Below, in pieces: positions 1 to 8,393 of a stretch of DNA of 15,999 bases. The number at the start of each line of letters is the position of its first letter. Positions within the stretch are counted from its first letter, which is position 1. The position numbers were made by a program, and so were the translations under genes. The DNA comes from Methanobacteriaceae archaeon. Its GTDB lineage: Archaea > Methanobacteriota > Methanobacteria > Methanobacteriales > Methanobacteriaceae. The notes under the pieces are model-generated. The model was not told where the DNA came from. It made no database searches and was given only the letters and a program-made list of their open reading frames with translations. Where the stretch lies: positions 1 to 15,999 of the forward strand of contig PWMT01000086.1 in assembly GCA_003558085.1 (NCBI GenBank), read 5' to 3'.

Positions 1-136
1 ACACCTTTGATTAAATCTTAGATTTTTAGGGCTTAAAAATTTTATATGCTAATATAGATTTTTTATATTTAAATTCATAATTATTAGATTCTATTAGTAG
101 AATTTTACTTAGAATGTGCATAGAATTTTCTCAAAC

Positions 137-1312
137 TTATATTATATTGGATGAATTAGGGTTTACTTTTTTTAAACCCTTTAACACGTTTATGGCTCCC
201 CTATAATCTTTTTGATTGCCTTTCTCATCTACTATCACCACTCTTTCGGTGCAGGCGATGCAGGGGTCAATGGTCTGGTAGATGGCAATGGCATCAGCTA
301 TGGTAGGGGAATCCTGAAACATATATTTAACACATGCTTCCAGGTTCATTACTGTGGGTGTTCTGATGGTGATATCTTTGATGATACCATGTGCTGCTGT
401 ATCGAAGATGTAGGTCAATTCACCTCGAGGGGCTTCGTAACGATAATCGATAGATCCTTTGGGGATTTCATATTCGGTTCTTATAGGACCTTCTGGTAAA
501 TTTTCCACTGCTGTTTGTATGATTTTAATCGCTGCTAAGATTTCATCAAATCGCATCATCACCCGGGCGTAATTATCACCCTCATCCCGCCAAATAGGTT
601 TAAAATCAAAATAGTCCTTATAGGTGGGATGTTTAGTTCTCCAATCAAATTTAACTCCAGATCCACGGGCGACTGGTCCTACTGCTCTTACATCCTGGGA
701 ACCTTTCTGGCTCATGTAACCCACATCCCGGGATCTTAAACTTATAAGAGGATCTGATTTAAACATTTTACGGTAACGGTAAACCTCTGTTTCCACTTCC
801 TTTAAATTTTCCAGGATCTTTAGGAGGTGGGAGGTTTTAAAGTCCATGCGCACACCACCTACCAGGTTCCAGGAATAGAGAACCCGGTTACCAGAAATCA
901 TTTCCAGTAAATCCATGATTTTTTCTCTAATATTTAGAATATATATGGCCAGGGTTTCATGTTCAATAACCAAGAAGTAAATGGCGTTGGCAATTAAATG
1001 ACTGTGTATTCGATTCAATTCACCTAATATTACCCGGGAATACTGGGCTCGAAGGGGCACATCACAATCAGCAATAACTTCTAAACCCTCGATCAGGGCA
1101 TGGGGATGGGTATCAGAACAGATACCGCAAACTCTCTCCACTAGGTAGGCCACCTTCTGCCAGGGTTTATTCCGAGCTATATTTTCTGCTCCACGGAAAA
1201 CGTAGCCTAAATCAACTTCAGCATCAACCACGTTTTCTCCTTCGGTTCTAAGTTTTATTCTTAATGGTTCTTTTAATCCAGGATGAATGGGACCAATAGG
1301 CATGTATGACAT
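137..1312 (-). CDS. ehaO: Energy-converting hydrogenase A large (catalytic NiFe) subunit
   Basis: N-terminal GPIHPGLKEP; L1 motif ERVCGICSDTH; EAPRGE and IRTPT motifs; L2 motif DPCIACTER followed by a 34-aa C-terminal extension. Directly follows the small-subunit gene in eha gene order. Confidence 0.95.
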   Translation of the reverse strand: MSYMPIGPIHPGLKEPLRIKLRTEGENVVDAEVDLGYVFRGAENIARNKPWQKVAYLVERVCGICSDTHPHALIEGLEVIADCDVPLRAQYSRVILGELNRIHSHLIANAIYFLVIEHETLAIYILNIREKIMDLLEMISGNRVLYSWNLVGGVRMDFKTSHLLKILENLKEVETEVYRYRKMFKSDPLISLRSRDVGYMSQKGSQDVRAVGPVARGSGVKFDWRTKHPTYKDYFDFKPIWRDEGDNYARVMMRFDEILAAIKIIQTAVENLPEGPIRTEYEIPKGSIDYRYEAPRGELTYIFDTAAHGIIKDITIRTPTVMNLEACVKYMFQDSPTIADAIAIYQTIDPCIACTERVVIVDEKGNQKDYRGAINVLKGLKKVNPNSSNII

Positions 1313-1749
1313 TAACTTTTCCTCCTATAACTGGCTAATGCAGGGGGCACATATTTTAAGACGGCCATAGCAATCTCTGAAGGTCGGGGTGGGCATCCCG
1401 GGACTTCTGCATCCACAGGGATTACTTCACTTACTGGAGCACCAACTTTGCTGGTTTCCTCCTGGAATATCCCCCCACTAAGAGCACAGGCCCCTATAGC
1501 CACCACTGCTTTGGGTTCTGGAAACTTATTATAAAATTCAACCAGTTTCTCCTGCCATTGTTTAGCTACAGTTCCAGTAACCAGGAGTGCATCGCACTCT
1601 CGGGGATTATTATGTAAAAATATACCATACTGTTCCAGGTCATATCTCTGAGAAAGTAAGGCCGCCACCTCTATATCGCAACCATTACACCCTCCAGTCA
1701 TAACCAGACAGACATGGATGGATCTTCTTCTTATAAGATCTTTTAACAT
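1312..1749 (-). CDS. ehaN: Energy-converting hydrogenase A small subunit (NuoB-like, one [4Fe-4S] cluster)
   Basis: [18 protein letters not shown] and VPGCPPRP motifs supply the four Cys ligands; its stop overlaps the ehaO start by 1 nt. Confidence 0.95.
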   Translation of the reverse strand: MLKDLIRRRSIHVCLVMTGGCNGCDIEVAALLSQRYDLEQYGIFLHNNPRECDALLVTGTVAKQWQEKLVEFYNKFPEPKAVVAIGACALSGGIFQEETSKVGAPVSEVIPVDAEVPGCPPRPSEIAMAVLKYVPPALASYRRKS

Positions 1750-1753
1750 TTAA

Positions 1754-2158
1754 TTATTTCTCCTCTAGGATTTTAATGATTTTTTCTCGGGCCTTATCCA
1801 ATAGTTTCTGATATTCTGGGGAATCAGCATCAAAATCCAATTTACCTGATTTTTCTAGTTCTTGACTAAAATCTTCTGTAATCTTATCTATTTGTTCTTT
1901 AGATAGAAGTTCTATTTGTAGAAAATAATCTAATCCCAGATCCACCTGAAACTTTTTCTCCAAGCGGAACATTTTGGCTTGTTCTGCTGAGGAATGGGAT
2001 GATTCAATTCTAATCATATCCAGATTGTTAGTGAGTAACTCTTCTATCTCAGCAGGTGGTAATTTTAAGAACTGGGATAAAGGTTCCACTACATTTTTTT
2101 GGTAGGAATAACTCTCCAGTTTCCATAATTTAATCTTCATTATGTTTTCATCAGTCAT
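1754..2158 (-). CDS. ehaM: Eha soluble subunit M (DUF1959-like)
   Basis: Hydrophilic 134-aa protein between ehaL and ehaN. Start moved from 2170 to the ATG at 2158 (MTDEN...), which has a GGTGA RBS and an ATGA overlap with the ehaL stop. Confidence 0.85.
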   Translation of the reverse strand: MTDENIMKIKLWKLESYSYQKNVVEPLSQFLKLPPAEIEELLTNNLDMIRIESSHSSAEQAKMFRLEKKFQVDLGLDYFLQIELLSKEQIDKITEDFSQELEKSGKLDFDADSPEYQKLLDKAREKIIKILEEK

Positions 2159-2433
2159 AAAATCACCCATAAAACTAAAGCCAGAACTATTCCCAGTATA
2201 CTTTCATAAAAACCATAACCAGGCCTCATCCCCAGGACAAACCCTAAAAAGAGAAATCCTAATGGGGCGTAGATATTAATTAGTATTCCCCCTATTATGG
2301 CTATGGCTAATGGTATAGGTTCTATGGTTCGCTGGACAAATGGTTCACTATGCCATTTGTAGCTGGCCTCTAATCCTACTAATGATCCGATTATAAAGAG
2401 CACTATGTGGGGTAAAAATTGGAAATAGGGCAT
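2155..2433 (-). CDS. ehaL: Eha membrane subunit L (DUF2104-like)
   Basis: Hydrophobic 92 aa with FIIGSLVGLEASYK and GMRPGYG motifs; operon position. Confidence 0.88.
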   Translation of the reverse strand: MPYFQFLPHIVLFIIGSLVGLEASYKWHSEPFVQRTIEPIPLAIAIIGGILINIYAPLGFLFLGFVLGMRPGYGFYESILGIVLALVLWVIL

Positions 2434-2436
2434 TTA

Positions 2437-2676
2437 TCAGAATCCTCCGGGGATGAACATTATAGCTGCAGTGATGATGAAGAGGATTAGGGTGATCCAC
2501 ATAGCTATCATTTCCATTTTTTCAGATTTTCTTCTAAAGTAGAATAATAAGAGTAATAAGGTAAATAGGATTACTGCTATTAAAGCTATTTCTGTTTGTA
2601 GAATAGCTGATGCAATAAATATACTAAGTAAGATGAATATGATCATCAGGGACAAATATAAGTATGCTTTTTCCAT
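2437..2676 (-). CDS. ehaK: Eha small membrane subunit K
   Basis: 79 aa with about three TM segments, GAGGTG RBS, located between ehaJ and ehaL. Call is mainly positional. Confidence 0.75.
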   Translation of the reverse strand: MEKAYLYLSLMIIFILLSIFIASAILQTEIALIAVILFTLLLLLFYFRRKSEKMEMIAMWITLILFIITAAIMFIPGGF

Positions 2677-2685
2677 CTTAACACC

Positions 2686-3558
2686 TCATATTAATAGAAC
2701 GTTGGCTATGGCCAGTAAGGCAAAGATCCATTGTATCATCACCGAATGGTAGGGCGCTACCATAGGTGTTAGTGCACATATAAATCCTAAGATAAAGGTA
2801 ACCCCGATCATGGCCAGCAGTATGGTCAGGGGTGTGTTTATCACTCCTCCAAAGAAGATGACTAAAAAGCACCATAGGAGTACGAAGAAAGCTAAGGTCT
2901 CACCAAACATTAACACGCCCCTTATCACTCCAAAGTGTTCGGTTTTAAATCCAGATATGATGTCTTTACCATAGACTATTCCAAAGGGGTTGAAGGGGGT
3001 TTTAGTAATTACTAGGATGAAAGTGGCTAGGGCAGCCAATGGTAACTGGTTTACCAAAGAGCCATTTATAATCTGATAATTAATTATGTCTTGGAGGATT
3101 AAGGAGTTAGTTCTAACAAATACTAAAGCCGGTGCTACTACCAGGGGCATCTCCGAGGTAGCAGATAGAACCGCCCGGGAACTTCCAAATTTAGCGTAAG
3201 GTGATCCGGTGGCCAGGCCTATCCCGTGTTCTGATACTTTATGCACCGCATAACACATAATGATTATAATGTAGGGTCCTAATAACACTGGTCCTACTAG
3301 AAAGGCTAATACCCATGCACCAGCCAGGGCCAGGGCTATGGCCACATATAAGGGCATGCTACTGGTATCGGGGATGGTGAGTTCTTTGATGAAGAATTTT
3401 AAGGTGTGTAACATATATTGAATGAGGGGAGGTCCAGGTCTTCTCTGTATTCTGGCTATCACCTTACGGTGCAGACCCAAGAGTAATCCTGCAAATAGTG
3501 AAGCGGTAATTATTTCTAAGAACAGGTAAAGCATGCTGTTAGTGGCGGGATAGATCAA
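2686..3558 (-). CDS. ehaJ: Eha membrane subunit J (NuoH/complex I subunit 1 family)
   Basis: LHRKVIARIQRRPGPPLIQ NuoH-like motif, GSPY, many TM helices; TTG start with GGAGG RBS. Confidence 0.92.
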   Translation of the reverse strand: MIYPATNSMLYLFLEIITASLFAGLLLGLHRKVIARIQRRPGPPLIQYMLHTLKFFIKELTIPDTSSMPLYVAIALALAGAWVLAFLVGPVLLGPYIIIIMCYAVHKVSEHGIGLATGSPYAKFGSSRAVLSATSEMPLVVAPALVFVRTNSLILQDIINYQIINGSLVNQLPLAALATFILVITKTPFNPFGIVYGKDIISGFKTEHFGVIRGVLMFGETLAFFVLLWCFLVIFFGGVINTPLTILLAMIGVTFILGFICALTPMVAPYHSVMIQWIFALLAIANVLLI

Positions 3559-3571
3559 TAAGATTTCCTCC

Positions 3572-3790
3572 TTAATAACCGGTGAAGGTAATTTTTTTAC
3601 GTTCTTCTTCCTCTTTTTTGGATTTAGGACGGGCCATTAATACCTGGCCAATATAATAACTGGATAAGGGTATGAAAAAGGTTAAAAGACCAATGGATAT
3701 TACTAAAGGCGGGTTTAGGATAAATCCCAGGATAAGGGGTAGGCTGGTGAGCAAACTCATTATTCGATTTTTAGTCATAGTTTTAATCAT
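3572..3790 (-). CDS. ehaI: Eha small membrane subunit I
   Basis: 72 aa, two hydrophobic segments, charged tail ending FTGY; lies between ehaH and ehaJ. Confidence 0.75.
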   Translation of the reverse strand: MIKTMTKNRIMSLLTSLPLILGFILNPPLVISIGLLTFFIPLSSYYIGQVLMARPKSKKEEEERKKITFTGY

Positions 3791-3791
3791 A

Positions 3792-4463
3792 TCACCCCAT
3801 AATAAAGATTATTTCGATTATTCTAGTGAAAACCATAAGGGAGCTTAAATGCATCATATTAATGTAAGGAGCTCCTTTAGCCCTGATCATCTCCACTTTA
3901 GTGGCGAAGAATGGTGCCAGAGCACCCTCACCAATAGCTCCAATGATTAGCAGGGCCCGGCTAATATTTACTAGAGGATCGGCAGGTATCACTGCTAGAA
4001 CCCCCATACTCAAGGTACCGGTTCTGGCCAGGGTGATGGCCACCCCTCCAAATAAGGGTAGGGAGCAGATCATGATTACTAGTCCATACTGGAAGGCGGC
4101 GTTTAGAACATGGGAATCCTTTACTCCGGCAAATATTCCTAAATTAGTCACTCCCACTAAAGATACAAATAAGGCGAAATTGAAGAGGTCTCCTGTGGTA
4201 ACCACACCAAGTAAGGCCACTCCACAAAGTATAGTCATGAATCTTCTAAACCGTGCCTCCTTTTTTTCCACAGTGGAGGTTCCCACCACATCCTTTTTGA
4301 ACTGAATCATGGCTCTAAATTCAGGGGTGCTCAGGGTTAAAAACACCGTGAACACTAGGATGGTGATAACCAGGGCCAGGGAAAAGGGAGTGAGATAGGG
4401 TACTATATCGGCTAATAAAATACGGCCTATAATAGAACCACTTAAATTTAATATATCGCTCAT
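3792..4463 (-). CDS. ehaH: Eha membrane subunit H (antiporter-like fragment)
   Basis: RFRRFM, TGDLFNFALF, LNAAFQYG and APFFATK motifs; multi-TM; GGTGA RBS. Confidence 0.88.
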   Translation of the reverse strand: MSDILNLSGSIIGRILLADIVPYLTPFSLALVITILVFTVFLTLSTPEFRAMIQFKKDVVGTSTVEKKEARFRRFMTILCGVALLGVVTTGDLFNFALFVSLVGVTNLGIFAGVKDSHVLNAAFQYGLVIMICSLPLFGGVAITLARTGTLSMGVLAVIPADPLVNISRALLIIGAIGEGALAPFFATKVEMIRAKGAPYINMMHLSSLMVFTRIIEIIFIMG

Positions 4464-4480
4464 CTAAGTCACCATATTAA

Positions 4481-5176
4481 TCATACATTATATTCTTCTC
4501 TTCCTAATATTCCTAAAAGGCCTAATTTCAAGGCCACTTTTACGATTATTCCGGCACCAGCCATGAACAAGGACAGCAGCCATAATTGTGGAGTGATGAA
4601 TAATAATAAAAATCCTATAATCCATATGCACCAGGCCACACCAGATATGCCTGTCATCTCTTCCCAGAAAGAATGGGGGATTCCGCTTATTTTTCCAGTG
4701 AATAGATAAATAAGTATGCCTGCTCCAGCTACTGCTCCACCAGTAAATCCTGTTAATATAGCTCCATATATAACTGAGACTAAACAGGTTATAGGTATAG
4801 CGGTTTTGAGGACTTCCATGTTAATAGGTTTAAAGTCGAAATCAAATTCCTCAAGAGCTTCCTTTTTTTGTTCTTTCTTGGTGATTTCCCGGAAGATTAA
4901 AATTTCAGTAACTGCCAGCAATTCTGCCAGAGCCACCACGATACCTGGTAGGATTAGAGCCTCTGCTAGATCAGTACCTACTGCAGATACAATAAAATAC
5001 ATGGCCAGTATAGGTATCTGGATTACTAAGATCTTTTGAAAATCATTTTTCTCCAGGATCAGAGCAGAAAAGCCGATAACCGCTACGATTATGGCTACCA
5101 CTATGGCTATGGGATAAAAATTTAAAAAGATCTGGGGTACCAGTTCGGGAACAATAGTCTCAGTTACAGGATCCAT
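4481..5176 (-). CDS. ehaG: Eha membrane subunit G (DUF2105-like)
   Basis: AVGTDLAEALILPG and YGAILTGFTGGAVAGAG motifs; AGGAG RBS. Confidence 0.9.
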   Translation of the reverse strand: MDPVTETIVPELVPQIFLNFYPIAIVVAIIVAVIGFSALILEKNDFQKILVIQIPILAMYFIVSAVGTDLAEALILPGIVVALAELLAVTEILIFREITKKEQKKEALEEFDFDFKPINMEVLKTAIPITCLVSVIYGAILTGFTGGAVAGAGILIYLFTGKISGIPHSFWEEMTGISGVAWCIWIIGFLLLFITPQLWLLSLFMAGAGIIVKVALKLGLLGILGREEYNV

Positions 5177-5192
5177 TATAATACTCCTTATA

Positions 5193-5699
5193 TTATTTTT
5201 CCCTATCTTTTCTTTCTTTCTCAGTTCGGTTTAATATAACCCAGGAAGCTATAGTAAAGGCCACAAAGAGTATGGTTGACTCTAATATGGTATCCAAGCC
5301 TCGGGTATAGTATAGTATTTCGTCCAGTATCCCACCCGGGTGTGAGAGAATGGTGGTTCCAAATCGATAGGATATATTACGAAGCCACTGGGAAAAGGGG
5401 GTTAGATAAGCGGTAATCCAACCTAGATTACCGGTTTCATATTGTGATTTAACTATACCCCGGTCTTCAGGATCTAGGGGTGTACCTCCCCGATTGTAAG
5501 GAGCCAGATTGTAAGATACATCCACATTTTCCTGGGCCATCTCTATTTGCACCTGGGGTGCAGGCTTGGTATAAAGTTGTTCTGGGTTAAGCTGGTAAGA
5601 ATAGACTAGGCTGACCAGCAACACTAACATTATGGCAAAGGCGAAGGCCTTTGGAACCTTATCTGGTTTGGCCAAGGAATTAAAAATCCTTCCGATCAA
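5193..5699 (-). CDS. ehaF: Eha membrane subunit F (DUF2106-like)
   Basis: LAPYNRGG, ITAYLTP and HPGGILDEILYYTRGLDTILES motifs; TTG start overlapping the ehaE stop. Confidence 0.9.
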   Translation of the reverse strand: MIGRIFNSLAKPDKVPKAFAFAIMLVLLVSLVYSYQLNPEQLYTKPAPQVQIEMAQENVDVSYNLAPYNRGGTPLDPEDRGIVKSQYETGNLGWITAYLTPFSQWLRNISYRFGTTILSHPGGILDEILYYTRGLDTILESTILFVAFTIASWVILNRTEKERKDREK

Positions 5700-5974
5700 T
5701 ATAAAGCCCCCATTTCCTCTAACCTGATTATGGCTCGGATGGTTATAATGTAATACATTACATTAACACTTAACACGGTGAGCATGGCCAGCGTATAATT
5801 GTAACTTAAAAGTATGAGTGCAATGCCAATGGTAGGCACCGTTAGATTGATTATTCGAATTATAGGCTCCTTAGCAGTCTTAGGTCCGAAAGCAACCCCT
5901 AATGCACCTAAAATTAGTAAAATACAACCTAAATAAAAGGATATCCAGGGTAAGGTTTCAGTTGGAGAAATCAT
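5696..5974 (-). CDS. ehaE: Eha membrane subunit E (DUF2107-like)
   Basis: Three-TM small protein ending RAIIRLEEMGA; operon position; start overlaps the ehaD stop. Confidence 0.85.
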   Translation of the reverse strand: MISPTETLPWISFYLGCILLILGALGVAFGPKTAKEPIIRIINLTVPTIGIALILLSYNYTLAMLTVLSVNVMYYIITIRAIIRLEEMGALY

Positions 5975-6231
5975 ATGGTTTCACCCTTGGCTTTTTTTAT
6001 CTCCAGGATACGTATCAGCCCAATCATCATGATGATGATCCCCACAAAGGTCATGAACGAGGAAGCCATAGCTACATCTAAGTACTGATAAGCAGCTATA
6101 ATCCCGATTAAACCATCACCTAAAACTGCTAACATGAGGATCTTATCTATAGCTTGGGTTAAAAATAAACCCCCCAGAGCACCTACGATCATGAGTACCA
6201 CTGCTGCGTATGGAAATTCAATCATTATCAT
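5971..6231 (-). CDS. ehaD: Eha membrane subunit D (DUF2108-like)
   Basis: Three-TM small protein with DKILM and YLDVA motifs; GGAG RBS. Confidence 0.85.
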   Translation of the reverse strand: MIMIEFPYAAVVLMIVGALGGLFLTQAIDKILMLAVLGDGLIGIIAAYQYLDVAMASSFMTFVGIIIMMIGLIRILEIKKAKGETI

Positions 6232-6472
6232 GTTTAATCTCCCTTATTTTATCTACAGTAAAGGAAATGGCGTTGGCTGCCACCGTGGCCATTATGAAAT
6301 ATATCATAGAGGTAACCGCCCCTAGAGGGGAGGGATTGAGTAAGGTTATAATAGCGGCTACTCCAAAATTGATAACATTAAGATAGGGCATCTTTTCCAA
6401 TCTATCTTGAGTTATGAAAAGTCTTAACCCCATATAAATAATTATAGCAGAGATTATAGTTTCTTCTAACAT
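6218..6472 (-). CDS. ehaC: Eha membrane subunit C (DUF2109-like)
   Basis: KMPYLNVINFGVAAII, PSPLGA and ANAISF motifs; operon position. Confidence 0.88.
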   Translation of the reverse strand: MLEETIISAIIIYMGLRLFITQDRLEKMPYLNVINFGVAAIITLLNPSPLGAVTSMIYFIMATVAANAISFTVDKIREIKHDND

Positions 6473-6509
6473 CTTTTATCCCTTGATATTCAATTAACTA
6501 CTTTATTGC

Positions 6510-7013
6510 TTAATCTTCAATTACCTTTCGATTCATTTTCCGAGCCATTTTACCAATAAGTTTAGAAGCTGAAGGATGATACAAACCTTGAATAGTTAAT
6601 ATAGCTATTATCATACCTACTATGAAGTTTTGAGGGCTTAATCCTATATAAGAAGTGGCCCAGATTAGTAGGGTGGTGGTTAAGGCTCCAGTGGTTCCAG
6701 CATAGCCGGGATCAGCACAAATACGATTACCGAAATATACGAAAAGAGCTGCTATTAGTCCTCCTACTGGGGAGCCAAAAGCAAAATAGGAGCAGGATGC
6801 AAGTAGTGTGCCGGCAGATGCATCTGGAGAGCAGACGATGTTACCAGAAAAGTAACCACCTCCTAAATCTCCACCCCTTTTTTTAATGGATTCACCGATA
6901 ACCTTTGCTCCTCTTACTCCCGGAGCTTCAGGAAGACCCATCCAGATATCGATGGTTACAAAGTTAAGCCAGGATAATATAGATGCTAAGGCTATAGCCA
7001 CCAGTTGATTCAA
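6510..7013 (-). CDS. ehaB: Eha membrane subunit B
   Basis: [35 protein letters not shown] and [13 protein letters not shown] motifs; TTG start with GAGGTGA RBS. Confidence 0.92.
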   Translation of the reverse strand: MNQLVAIALASILSWLNFVTIDIWMGLPEAPGVRGAKVIGESIKKRGGDLGGGYFSGNIVCSPDASAGTLLASCSYFAFGSPVGGLIAALFVYFGNRICADPGYAGTTGALTTTLLIWATSYIGLSPQNFIVGMIIAILTIQGLYHPSASKLIGKMARKMNRKVIED

Positions 7014-7285
7014 GATGAATCACCTCTTACTGGTGGGGGAACCAATTTCTCTAGGATGAACTTGGTAAAAACCACTGCTGAGATTGCGATGATGAGGGCA
7101 GCGTAGATATCATGGAAGAAGAAATATTCCCAGATAGCATACAAGCCTAAGGCAATGATCACTGTGGGATAAATTACACTTATTTTCCAGGATCTTCTTA
7201 TGGGCTTATCTGGTAGAAGCGGAAGCTTAAAGATCAATCCCAATATTATAGCAGAAATTATCACTAAAATATAGTTTATAATCAT
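7010..7285 (-). CDS. ehaA: Eha membrane subunit A (first gene of operon)
   Basis: [13 protein letters not shown]...YPT motif, three TM segments; AGGTGT RBS at 7292-7297. Confidence 0.9.
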   Translation of the reverse strand: MIINYILVIISAIILGLIFKLPLLPDKPIRRSWKISVIYPTVIIALGLYAIWEYFFFHDIYAALIIAISAVVFTKFILEKLVPPPVRGDSS

Positions 7286-7389
7286 TTATTAACACCTTTT
7301 TCACCTAATTAAATCACAGAAGGCCTGTAGATAGGAATAATTAGTCTAAATTTAAAGAGATCGAACATAACTATCATTATTAATCATTA

Positions 7390-7410
7390 TATATAAATAT
7401 TTAGTTTACC
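7390..7410 (-). promoter_or_regulatory. Probable archaeal promoter (TATA box plus upstream purine-rich BRE-like segment) of the eha operon
   Basis: Minus strand reads GGTAAACTAAATA-TTTATATA, with TTTATATA at 7397-7390. This matches the methanogen TATA consensus and lies ~105 nt upstream of ehaA. Confidence 0.6.
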
Positions 7411-7482
7411 TATATTTAATTAAAATACTTCAACCCCGCTCCTCAACTATTAAAATTGACCTTAATCTTGTTTAAAAAGTTT

Positions 7483-7508
7483 TAACTCATAAAAAAAATA
7501 ATGAGTTA
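7483..7508. repeat. Inverted repeat TAACTCAT-N10-ATGAGTTA
   Basis: Perfect 8-bp arms at 7483-7490 and 7501-7508, read directly. Confidence 0.7.
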
Positions 7509-7558
7509 TGAGAAATTATGTTAAATATAAAACTATTTTTTTATTGAAACTGGTTTAA

Positions 7559-7574
7559 AGGATTATATAATCCT
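7559..7574. repeat. Perfect 16-bp palindrome AGGATTATATAATCCT
   Basis: Self-complementary sequence read directly; followed on the + strand by T-rich runs. Confidence 0.75.
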
Positions 7575-8393
7575 CTTAGTTTTTTTAGTTTTAATATTTT
7601 TGGTTTTTTACAACACCCACAGTACAGTGTTAAAATGCTAAAGGTATAATGGCTGAGAAAGATTGATCTTCGCTAAAGATTAATTATACTGGCCTTAGGC
7701 TCTAGAAACTTGTAGGTGGTCCGGCAGATATGTATTATTTTTAGTGCGATATTAATATTTAAACTAGTGGCTATAAGTATTAATTAAGATTTTTTAGTAT
7801 ATGCAATTTTTTTAATAGTTAACAATGGTTTAATAAAGGAAAAAGTAATTAACTTCCACTCCACCCCTATAATCATCAATATACGGAAGGAGTTTTTCTT
7901 AAAAAATATGAAACCCTAGTATGCTAATTATTAAAATAGCTAATTTATTAATAAAAAAAATAAGCCTGATGATAAAAAGATTTAATTATATAATCTAAAA
8001 TTTAGGAATAAGGATATAATAATAGCTTTAAAATCTAGTCATCTTAAAAAAAAAATCTAAATAAAAATAAATTCATCTTAAATAAAAATTCATCTTAATA
8101 TTAAAGTGAGTAAAGGTGCCAGCTTGCAATAATCACTATATTATTTATAGGACTGAGCCGGATATAAACTATAATCAAAAACGCATAGAATTATAAAACT
8201 ACCATTCATAATCCATTAATTATTAAAATGAAATCATCCACTGTTTAAATAATATGTTTATAATAAAATATTGATCCTTAGTTGTAGAAAAATAAATATT
8301 AACCTAATACTAAGAGTGCTCATAATCTGGTAGTAAAACTAATTATCTATTCAATAAGCCACTGCCCCCTAATTAATCAATATATCCATAAAA

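Noticed and set aside
212..499. 95-aa plus-strand ORF
   Set aside because: Antisense shadow inside ehaO with no recognisable motifs.
137..1749. Alternative assignment as Ehb, Ech or complex I subunits
   Set aside because: NiFe-binding CxxC pairs exclude complex I; the upstream A-M gene set and order match eha rather than ehb or ech.
2678..2875. 65-aa minus-strand alternative-frame ORF
   Set aside because: Overlaps well-supported ehaJ in another frame; no recognisable features.
3901..5039. Plus-strand ORFs 3901-4305 and 4716-5039
   Set aside because: Antisense to ehaH and ehaG; typical shadows of hydrophobic-protein genes.
6134..6325. 63-aa plus-strand ORF
   Set aside because: Antisense across the ehaD/ehaC junction; no support.
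3556..7013. TTG start codons for ehaB, ehaF and ehaJ
   Set aside because: TTG starts are common in Methanobacteriales, so this is not unusual.
7784..7876. Possible ~30-codon minus-strand ORF (MIIGVEWKLITF...) in the intergenic region
   Set aside because: No evident RBS or recognisable motif; length expected by chance.
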